A DNA stretch of 64,000 nt from NCBI RefSeq assembly GCF_963676685.1, contig NC_092345.1, positions 106,144,001-106,208,000 on the forward strand. Reading direction: 5' to 3'. The stretch is from Mytilus edulis (taxonomy: Eukaryota). Numbering within the stretch: position 1 is the stretch's first letter; the number at the start of each line of letters is the position of its first letter. Of the stretch, positions 49,601-61,600 are shown one piece after another. The translations under genes and the position numbers were made by a program. Below the pieces are notes generated by a model that had not been told where the DNA came from, made no database searches, and saw nothing but the letters and a program-made list of their open reading frames with translations.

Positions 49601-52600
49601 CTGATTTATGTAAATACAATGTGTCGTCAGTCCAAGATAAAGCCCTATTAATTGTTGTCGCTTTGACTTATTCCCCATTTCCTTTCTCAATTTTATTATT
49701 AAACTTACCTAAAATCTTTTAAAGCTTCCAAGTATGGGAAGGCCTGACAGAGCTGATTTATGTAAATACAATGTGTCGTCAGTCCAAGATAAAGCCCTAT
49801 TAATTGTTGTCGCTTTGACTTATTCCCCATTTCCTTTCTCAATTTTATTATTAAACTTACCTAAAATCTTTTAAAGCTTCCATGTATGGGAAGGCCTGAC
49901 AGAGCTGATTTATGTAAATACAATGTGTCGTCAGTCCAAGATAAAGCCCTATTAATTGTTGTCGCTTTGACTTATTCCCCATTTCCTTTCTCAATTTTAT
50001 TATTAAACTTACCTAAAATCTTTTAAAGCTTCCATGTATGGGAAGGCCTGACAGAGCTGACTGATGTACATACAATGTGCTGTCAGTCCAAGATAAGCTA
50101 GATGGAGCTGCTGTAGATGTTTACATTCCTTTGCTATGACAACCAAACTCACACCTGATATTGCACCTAAAAAAAACACAAATTATGACACTTATTCTAA
50201 TATGACTTTCTTCAAATGCTTTGAGTTCACACACATGGTAAAATATGAATATATTGTTTGGGCTGTTCCGACCATACTCCCATGTCATATGCTTTTTTAT
50301 GAATGAGCTACCCAACATCACTGAATGATGAAGTAAGAATATATGAGCCTTTACCAGGAAATGCACAATTGTAAAACCAAAACCACCACAATATGGAAAC
50401 ATAAACAATTGATGATAAAATGTGTTATAAGCCATTTTTTTTTTACATACAAGTAAAATTATCATTTAAGTTTATCCTAACATATCTTAAAACATTATTG
50501 TAAATAGTTTAAGCATGTCACTAGTTCAGTTTGCTCTGTTCTTTTACGTCAATGTAATTGTATGTTTATTTTGGGAATGCTATCGCTTGTGTTAAAATAT
50601 TAAGCATAAAGGGCCAACCCATGGTAAAATCAGTATAAATTCAAGCCCCCATGAATTATTTCTTAAATGTAACCTATGAAATGTACAACGCTCAAAGTAG
50701 AAATACATATAACTTATAACCCTTGTAAACTGGTCCCACTTGTTGTCCCAAAGAAGTTTGGTGTTGACATATTTTATTGTATTTACCAGGTTGAGATTTA
50801 TAAAATGTTCTATCAATGCTGGAGAAAGGAAGACAGCTGATAACAAAAACTCGAATTGAAGAGAAAAATCAAACATGCATCTATTTGTAATTTTCTGTTA
50901 AATTAACATGCAATGACAAGATATTATAATGCCATCAGTTATTTGAATGTATTACAAAGTAAATAGACTAACTATGAATCCCGGCCAACTGCAGAAATCT
51001 GAGATGTTTCCATCCTGATATACATAGGAGTGTATCTGCTGTCATGAAAGACTCAGAACTGAAATAAATATACATGTATTTAGAAAAACAAAGGATATGG
51101 GGTATCCATGCATAACTCAAAACCAGTACATGCACAGCAAAAACACACAAAAACCAAAGGAAGATTGATTTTATTGCTGTTCATATTTATTTTTCGGTTA
51201 CTGTGAATGTTTTCACTTTCTCTCCTTTTATTACTAGTATTCTATCCTTCTAATTGGAGATATAATATAGTAAATAATAGGATATCCATAACAGTAATAA
51301 GAAATAGTTTCTCAAAAACTTTAAGTTGTCAAGATCTTATTGTACATCCTGATATAATGTGATATTCCAATTATTTGAATGCTTTCTTCCCAATCTATAC
51401 TTATACTAGTTTAAATATTAATATGGTTGACACAATAACATGGTATAAACATCTGTCTTTTACTAAAAAACATATTTTGCTGGCTTGCTGTCTCACTGTC
51501 AAATCCTATTCATTCAGGTTTTTCAGATATATATCACTTAAGATTAAACTTGTAATTTTCATTAAAGGAATTGATGTAATAATTGAAAGTAGAAAAATCT
51601 AAGTTACAAACTTTCCACGATCTGATTGGTCATTTAACAACTGAGATGAAAACTGCCAAGATAATTACCAAGGTTTATATTCACTTGGAGCAGGCTTAGA
51701 TTTGCCTGATTGTATCACAGTTTGTTTTAGTCCACCATTTATCAGCTCAAACTTTGTCACATTGGGACAACCTTTAACAATTAGTCCTAAACCTTTGGTC
51801 CATTTCTCTTCTGAATCTGAATTACCACTACAGGAAGTACTGGCCTAAAATAAAATAACATAACTTGGAACAAGTTCTTTCAGTTTGAACTTCAGTTGAT
51901 TTCAATGAAGTTTATCTTTATCAATAACATCATATATACTGCATGTTATAAATTTTGTTAAATTGTAAGTAAAATGCAAGTCTTCCAAGGAAGATGTATG
52001 TTGGCCTAATGTTCCCAAAATATAAAAAAGTATAAAGCTGTAAGCAGAAACAGAGAAGTACAGGTTTTAGTTCGAGAAACCCAAAAATGTATTCAGATTA
52101 AATATAATAATAGAAGTTACACATTTTCATGTCTTGTAAATGAATCTGTACAAATTTGATTGAAATCTGTATGGCGATTTTCAAGGATGAAAATTCGCCG
52201 TTTCAGAATCTAATGCATCCTGAGTAATATTTTCAAAAGGGTACACAAAAACGTCTGGTTGGTTGAAAATGTCATAAACAATGGAAATTAAACCAATGAT
52301 ATGACATTATTTTCATTTTGGTGAACTAACAATGAAATTACCCATAGTCCTTTAGATTCTGAACTAGCCAATTAACTAAGTATGAAACTAACAGTTATAT
52401 AAGACAAGAAAAATGATCCTTAAGTCTTGTTCAAGGTTTGCTGTTAGGTAACACAAAAAAAAATCAAAAAGTAAAATATTGAAAAACCTCCAAATGATTA
52501 AAAAAAAGTATTGGATTGTGTGATGAGATCTTTCACTTCCATACAACATCAAAATTAAAATACTGTCAAGTGACTTGTTTTGGCTGGTGTAGAATTTCAA

Positions 52601-55600
52601 GTTTCAAAAGGTAAAAAAGTACCGCTCTGCCAAATGTTTCAGCAGTTTTTATTTTTGCAACTATGGAAACGAGAAATAAATATGATTATGTATATTCGAA
52701 TGATTTATTCATACTTGCAGATGTGCTCATTCATAACAATATGATACATTTGTACCTACTGTAAAAGGTAACAACACAATCAACAAAGGCATTATAACAA
52801 GAGTTATTAAGATTAACCATCTTTTTATGAGTTGTTTACAAATGTACATGATTGATTGATGGTGTACATGTTTAATGCCACTTTTAGAACTTGTGGCTAT
52901 ATGTCGGTTGCAAGTTTTTATTTGTGGAGGAACCCAAAGTGCAGGGAGGGAATGACTGGTCTTTCTCTGGAAAATTATTAAGTAACACAACATTTACTTG
53001 TAAAACATTAGTTGATGCAGCTAGCCGTCTTTTCTTGCTACCATGAGGAGGACCCTCAGCTGGCCTCTTTTGTGCTCCACTCTCTTTATGATGTTCCACA
53101 TGGAGACAGCATGGAGACAGGGAGAGAGACATTAAACCTGTTTAAGAAAGCATTCAGTAAATCATGATTTGTTTTCTTTTTAGTTTTGAAACAACTTATT
53201 TTAACATGTACAAATGTGTGCTACTGTATAAAATTAAGTACTTTTTGGTAAAATCACAATTCAAGACAAAACTTCACTGAATTCATCTATGAATACAAAT
53301 GTACATGTATAATGAAATAATTGTATGTATTTAACTTTATACTCATACCAAGAAATGCTCACTTGTAATTGTTTTATCAAGATCAGTCAGCAAAGTTGTC
53401 AAAAATCATAAAAGTGTGACCAATTATTAGTTTTGACCTTCATGAACACCCATATAAAAATAAGGATATGTGGTATCCATGCCAATGAGACAAATCACTA
53501 CCAGAGTCAAAATGATGTCAGTAACCATTGGTCACACCTTACAGCTTCAAAAATAAGCAATATTTATTATGACTATTTACCTTTTAGCTGTGACAAGCAC
53601 CTGCAGATTTCTGAAGTGATATTATGACAATGTACATGTATACCACTTAAGTTGATATGAGATAACTGATTACATGACCTTACAAGGGCACTGAATCCAT
53701 TCACATCAAATTCCTGTAATGTAAAGTGATAATTAATATGCATGTGTAGCCACAGTTTAAAGTATTTATATAGAACATCTAGCATGTCTAGGTAAGATAA
53801 ATCCTGTTAGACAGACATGTAAACATTACAAGTATTCCATACACCAAATAAAGTTGACCTTTTGCTTACAGGTCTTCAATGCAGCGAGAAATTCCTGCAC
53901 CCGGAGGCGTCCTTCAGCTGGCCCCTAAACAAATATATATACTAGTTCAGTGATAATTAACGCCATACTAAACTCCAAATTGTACACAAGAAACTAAAAT
54001 TAAAAATAATACAAGACTAACAAAGGCCAGAGGTTCCTGATTGGGACAGGTGCAAAAATGGGGCGGGGTTAAACATGTTTATGAGATCTCAACCCTCCCC
54101 CTTAGGCCTATACCTCTAGCCAATGCACAAAAGTAAACACAGTTAGACTATTATGATAGAGATTAAGAAAACTTAAAATACCTTATGAAAATACATTTAT
54201 ATCATTACAAGTATAAAAGTATTTTTCAGTAAACAAACCAATAATCAGTATGTACTATATCTTCTTTACATCAAATTCATTCCCAATCCTATATTATAAA
54301 GCATTAACTTTTTTTGATTTTTTATTGATCTTTTTGGTGTTCAAACTACAGTGCATACATACATTTTTACAAGACATAAGTGAATGACATGACATGTATG
54401 GCATTGTTATACTATTGATATTATGCAAATAAGACATAGTAAAAATTTACAAGATACAACTGTAGTGGTGTGAATATTCAGTATATGATACGTCTTAAGA
54501 ATACTTTAGAATACATTATACTATAACAATATTAAAAAATAAATTTAATTAAATAGCTTTCATAAATTCCCCCCATCTGTTGACAAATGACTCGTGTTTG
54601 TCTTTAGAAATACATGTATATAAATATTCTAATATCTCTAGACGTCTTTTCAAAAATTTAAGAAAAGCTTACACAGATATGAACAGTCTGTCTAATTGTG
54701 TGTTCTTTACATAATAAATTTAATATTTCGCCTGTAGAATGCAATAATTTAGAACTAAGTTATCAGAATTCAATACACCAAAAATGACACTGTCTTTATT
54801 CAAGAATAGTTTTTCTCCAAAAACTGAATACCACCAATTTGAAAAATCTCTCCAAAATTGTTTTATTCAAAAAATTTATGCTCTATAGTTTCTATTTCTT
54901 TACAAAGTTCTGGCACATTCATTAGTTAAGGAAAGTTTATATTTTTCAAGAAGATAATTATGTGAGACTATTCTGTGTAGTAATTTATATTGAAAAGCTT
55001 GTAGTTTGCTTTCTATAGTACATTTGAAAGCAAATGAATAAATATTTTTCCATTGATCGTCACTAACTTCTATATTAAAACTTTCTTCCCATCTTTGTTG
55101 TGAAATAGGAGAAACACTTCCCCGATCGATAAAAAGTGAATATACATCTTTAGCAAATAATTTACTAATAGACATTTTTTTATTCTCATGCTCAAAAACG
55201 AATCCAAATGAGTTGCTGTTAGGTGACATGTGTTGTTGTAATAACAAATCTTTCCAGTCACGTGGTATAGCAAGCTTAATAGATAGAATGTCTACAAAAG
55301 TGACATTCAGGTTATATTTTTTGTTTAAAGCATTAACTATAGTTTAACTTATTTTCTAGGACTATGGTAAATATATTATTTATTGATACCCAATTCAATT
55401 TCAGCTGTTTTAACAAATTCATTTAACGTGTAATGATGTTAAATAAGCTTCTAAAAAAACTGAAGTTTGTTAAAAAACTAACTTATTGTTCACCTAAGTG
55501 ACCTTTACCCTTGCTTTCCATAAAATAAGTATCCCACAAATAATAATGATACAGTATGTGTTAACACAGTGTTTTTGACAATATTCTTTCACAAACATTT

Positions 55601-58600
55601 AGATAGAGACAACAATATACACGTACCTCTCGTCCTAATATTGTCCATTTGTTCATCAGTTTACTGCTCATTAAGTTTAGACTGTGTATATTTGGACAGG
55701 ATGAGGCTATAGATGTTAATGATATATTGACACCTTGGACATGTGTATTAGCTAAGTTCAGATACTGTAAGTGAGGCTTCACTTCTAAAACATCACAATC
55801 CTCAGTGAAAATCTTGTGCAGACAAATGTTTGACAGATCCAAGTTTTCGAGAGATCTGTGGGATTGCCAAAACGAGGAACAGAACTGAGACTGATTTTCA
55901 AAGTTTGCTGATGGATTTAAAATAGTTTTCAATTGAAGGTTTTTCAATTTGGCAATTGAAAATAAAGCACCATAGTAAAACATCCGAGCTGCAGCGTCAA
56001 TTGCACAGTTTAATGAAAGGTGTTGTAAATGTTTCAAGTTTTCCAGTTTGACTACATTTGGTTGAACCAGTAGCCTAGGAATTCTACCACCAATATTTGG
56101 CTGACCAAGAACGTGCAATGATTCCAGTCTGTTACAATGTTCAAAAAAGGATGAAATTTTATGTATTATTTCTACCGATATAGCTACATCTGTTCTTGTT
56201 GATTCCTGTACTTCAAAGTGAATTGTAATGTGTTTCAGATTACCAATCGTCCTTTGAGCTTCCGTCACACTATTGACTTCTTCATCAAATTCATGAATAT
56301 TTTGTGTTGTGAATGAAAACTTTTCTAGTTTTGGTAATGATCCAAGAATCTTACAAATTTTTTTGGATGTCAAATTAATTCCAACTAAATATAGCTCTGT
56401 CAATTGTCTGCATTTACTGGTAACCCATTCTATTGATCTGCTTTTGAACCAGTAACAATTGGCAAGATTTAAACATTCTACATGAGGATAACTATTTGCA
56501 CCATAATCCAGAAGCATGTCATCTGTAATGTTGTAACATTCTTCAAATGTTGATGACCTAAAATAAAAACACAAATTTCAGACTTTCAAATACATGTAAT
56601 TCATCTTTGTTTAGCATTCCCAGACTGTTAAGTAATGAAGTACCTATGTAATTTTCCTTTCATAATTTGTGAGATAAACATATACATAGTTAGACGAACT
56701 TAAATTTGTGTTTTAGGTTACCATTCTAATATATTGTAGTGTCGATAGGTCAGATTTTTTTTATAGACACAATCCAGAAAATACCATGGTTTTTGTTAAT
56801 GTATAATACCAAACTTACAATTTGAAAACAATTTCGGTTACAATAAATATATATACATATTTTTTATATAGATTAGACCATTGGTTTACCCGTTTGAATG
56901 GTTTTACACTAGTAATTTTTGGGGCCCTTTATAGTTTGCTCTTTGGTGTGAGCCAAGGCTCCATGTTGAAGACCCTACCTTGACCTATAAATTGTGACTT
57001 GGATAGAGAGTTGTCTCATTGGCACTCATACCACATCTTCCTATATCTATATAAATGGATCTTGATTTATTTGTTACAGAATTAATAGTGTTTCTGACAA
57101 AATGACCTAAAGGTATGTTAGGGCGAAGGATGAGCCATTATGCACACTCATAAACATGTTTAACCCTGCCACATTCTTTATGAGCCTTTCTTAACTCTTA
57201 AAGTCAGGAGACTATAATGCAATGGTTGTCATTGGTAAATGACTGTTTTATTTTTGTTTCATTGTTTTGTCATAAAACAGGTCATTGGTTTTCTCAATTT
57301 GAGTTGTTTCTCACAATTTTCATTCACATCATACACAATATACAGTGTAATACAAGTAAAAGAATCATGCAATAAAAAAGGAACAAATGCATAATATTCA
57401 TCATATGAGGATACCATAAGAAAGGGAAAAGATCTAACACCATTTCCAGGGAAACAGGGCACACAAAAACTTGTAACCAATGAAAATGTTGTCACAAACT
57501 GGCTTTTTTCAAAAGATGGCATGTAAAAATGTATGTCTATTTTTGATTAATTTATATTTTTTTTAAATCTGGTTTAAAACAACAGTTGGTCACTTTTTAA
57601 CCATTATTTGTCATGAAAGTACCCCCATTACAACCATCAGATGAGCACAAAGAAGTGAAATACATATGCAGTGACGAAACTCGTCGAAAGCTCCTTACAC
57701 TCATAAATGAAAAGTACATGATACAGACAGGGATTTCCATGGATGAAAATTGAACGATGGAGGAACTTTCACCATCATAAACCATGTCTACACCATACAG
57801 TGTAACGTGATCCAAAGTGTTTCATCCCTCCATGTAAGGAATGGTGAACATGCTTATTCAAATTCAATTTATTTGAATTTTCATTATTGAAGTATCAATA
57901 TTTTCATTAATTGCTGATTGTATAAACCATTCAAATGCCAAGCCTTTATGGTCCCCCCATAGTCGAGAATGACCAAAGGCTGTCATGAAGGTCCCAATGT
58001 AGTTTTCTTGCTATTTTTGGTAATTGTTATATATGGGTGTTAAAAATCATGTGGAGTTTATTTTTCACCGACACTGTCAAATTCAGAAGTCATGAACCCA
58101 TTACTAGTATGACTGATTTGCAGCAACAACAAAATGATTCGTACGGGTTATGTACAATGTACCGGTAAAAGGTTGAAGAGATTTGTAAAGCAAACGTTGA
58201 CAAATGAAAAGTTTTTTAAAGACTTTATCTAACAAATTGATGCTATGCAACATGCATCTTTCGAGTCTAAATATAAACTGGAAACGCGGATGTATCAATA
58301 TGATTCGTCATTGTAAACTATGAAATGAATTCGGAATTACGATACAATATTTCTTCACAGTAAATATTTAAGTTTTTACTTCTTATAATAATTCTATATT
58401 ATCGTTACAGCAGTACTCGAGTTATTTGCAATGAAATAATATTAATGTTTTACGTCTTATTTTGTATTTCTTAAAAAAGGGGGATGCTGATTGCGTAATT
58501 CAAAATAAAAGCATGTGTTCGACTTGTTAAACTGTTTTCTTTGTAACTAGATTATTATTTAATTAATCTAAATTATCATAAGCATTTGCTGAAACTTAGA

Positions 58601-61600
58601 TGATAGTTGAATTATTCGATAAATGAATCGTCTATCTCCAGATAGTATTCTGTCTGGTTTGTTGATCTACCTGTACAAGCTCAGGTACAAGTGATTAGTG
58701 ATCTTAATCCGGATATCCCTCAGGCTTTATAATTAGAACTGTATTGGATTATGATAGAAAATAAGCCTAAGGGTTGTGCAATTACATGCATTTGATTATA
58801 ATTGCTAAAAATGGCGTCGGGCTACAAAAAACCGACAACAGTTTTAAACGATGAGGGAAGACAATTTAACGATGGCGCTGGTCATTTGACGATGGCGTAA
58901 GATAATTGAACGATGGCGGGCGCCATCATTAAACAGGCCATGGAGATCCCTGACAGAGCAATAAATATAAGCACATAGAATTTAATTACATTACACCGAC
59001 ATTCACTTATGACTTAATGTATGTCAGCTACAGCATAACTTCGCCCTATTACAAGTTTTTCCAACAGGCCATTTATAGATTGACATCCATCTACATCTAC
59101 ATCTACATAATACTTCTTAACTTCAATATGTTGAAGATTACAAGAAGGCACATACTAGGGAAACAAATTAACTAAACATATTTACATTAATTTCAAAAAG
59201 CATTTTTTTTTTTTTAATTTTTTTGTATATAGATAAAAACATGGTTTGGTTTAGCAGTACATATGTGGTTTTGCACCAGACTTAAAAGCTTCTAAGTCTG
59301 GGCTGCAGGCTACTTGGTATGGTAGGGAATTCCACAACCTTATTGTTCTAGGAAAAAATGAATATAAATGATAGTTTGTGGGAGAGAATGGCTGTATAAA
59401 TTTATGTTCCTTAGATGGTATTAGGTATGTATTTACTGGGATGGAGACTAATTGGTGTTGGATTTTATATAGCATGGTGACGGATGCAAGATTTCTTCTT
59501 TGTTGTAATGTTGGCCATCTTAGATGTTCAAGCATGGCTGTTACACTGCTTTGATAGCTGTATTGGTTGAGTGTATACCTGGCAGCTCTTCTCTGTACCA
59601 TTTCAATTTTATTTATTTGTTGTTTCTGCCACGGGTCCCAGACGACACTACAGTATTCTATTTTTGGTCTTACGTATGTTTTGTAAGCCAGTTCTTTTGT
59701 TTTTATGCTGTTTGTTTTTACATTTCTTTTAATAAATCTCAGTGATGCGTTTGCTTTGTTTGTGATGTCATTTATATGAGAGTTCCATGTCAGGTCTTTT
59801 GTGATGGAAACGCCAAGATATTTTGCTTTGTTTGTTGATTTTAGAATATGATTATGTAATGTGTAGTTATAGATGATAGGTTTATGTTTTCTTGTTATGT
59901 GGATGATTTCACATTTGTCTGGGTTAAAGGACATAAGCCATTCTTGCTCCCATTGTTCCAGTTTATGTAGGTCTGATTGAAGGGTGTGACAGTCATCTAA
60001 TGATGAAATTGTTAGATACACAATAGTGTCATCTGCAAAGAGGCGAACATTACTTTTGAGGTTGTCTGGCATGTCATTGATGTAAATTAAGAACAGACAT
60101 GGCCCGAGAACAGAGCCTTGGGGGACGCCTGACAATACAGGACAACTATTTGATGTGCGACTGTCAACCACCACTTTTTGGGATCTATGTGATAACCATG
60201 CCTCTATCCAATTTGTTGTTTTGTTATTAATTCCCATGCGTTTCAGTTTTAGGATAAGTCTTTGGTGGTCCACCTTATCAAACGCTTTTGAAAAATCCAT
60301 GACAACTACGTCAGTTTGTTTACCGTTTGCCATGTAATCAAGTATTTGCTGTGTAAAAGTTAAAAGTTGTGTTTCACAGCTAACTTTAGATCTAAAACCA
60401 TGCTGCAGTGGGTATAGTAAATCGTGAATGTCTAGATGTTTCATTATGGATGATACAATTATATGTTCTAGTGATTTACTAAGAATACAGGTTAGAGAGA
60501 TGGGCCTATAGTTTTCAGGTTTAGATTTTGCTCCCTTTTTGAAAACTGGTGTAACCAAGGCCTCTCTCCAGTCGTTTGGTACTGTGCCTGTATTTACTGA
60601 TGAGTTAAACAAGTCAGATATTATAGGTGAGATTTCATGATGAACTTCTTTTAGAAAATGAGGTGATATCTTGTCTGGTCCAATTGCTTTTGATGGATTT
60701 AAGTTTTTTAGTAATTTAGATGTTCCTTCTGGGGTGATGTTTATTTGCTTCATTTCGAATTTATGTGTTTCTGATTTTAATGATTTTAGTTCACAAATGT
60801 GAGATAATTTCAAAGGTTTTGGTGTGGTAAATGCTGAGTGAAACTGATGGTTTAGTGCTTCAGCCTGATCTTGGGGGTTTGTTTTTGTAATACCGTTTAC
60901 CTTTAGTGGGGATACACCCATATTTTCACTTTTTTGGTTTTTTATGAATGACCAAAACTTTTTGCTTGGTTTACTATCTTTCAGTTTGCTGTCTTCAATT
61001 ATAATGTTTTCTATATAGTTCCAATATGATGTTCTAAGCTTTTGTTGTACTTGGTGTTTTAAGGATCGGTGCTTTTTGATGGTATCCGATTTTTTTTCTG
61101 ATTTTGTTGCCTTTATTTTCTTATGTATTCTGTCTCTTTTTCTTATAAGTCTCTTTATTTCTGGTGTTAACCAAGGAATATCTTGTTTTTGTTTCATTAT
61201 TTTTGATGGGATATTTTTGTCTGTTATTTCTTGTATTTTGTTTTTGATCAGTGTCCACTTTTCTTCTGTGGTGTTATTAGTTAGTGTTAGAGAAAAGTAT
61301 TCGTCTTTGAATTTTTTTACTTCTATGCGTATTTTGTCCCAGTCTGCTTTTTTGTATTGACTTATTTTTCTTGGTGTTTTCTTTTTTCTACCCATTGTGA
61401 TGTTCATTTCATGGAAGACAATGTCATGGTCTGATGTTCCGAGACTTGGTAGTGTTTTTATGTTTTGTACGAGTGAAGGTTGGTTTATGTAAAACAGATC
61501 TAGTGTGTTTTCCTGTCTTGTTGGTATATGTACAACCTGTTCAAGATTATGATCATTCATTATATCAAAAAAGTTATTATATGTATTTGTAAATTTACAA

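Noticed and set aside
49140-50097. Tandemly duplicated mutually exclusive exons
   Set aside because: The copies lack the exon's acceptor and 5' half, and the sequence upstream of each copy is purine-rich with no pyrimidine tract.
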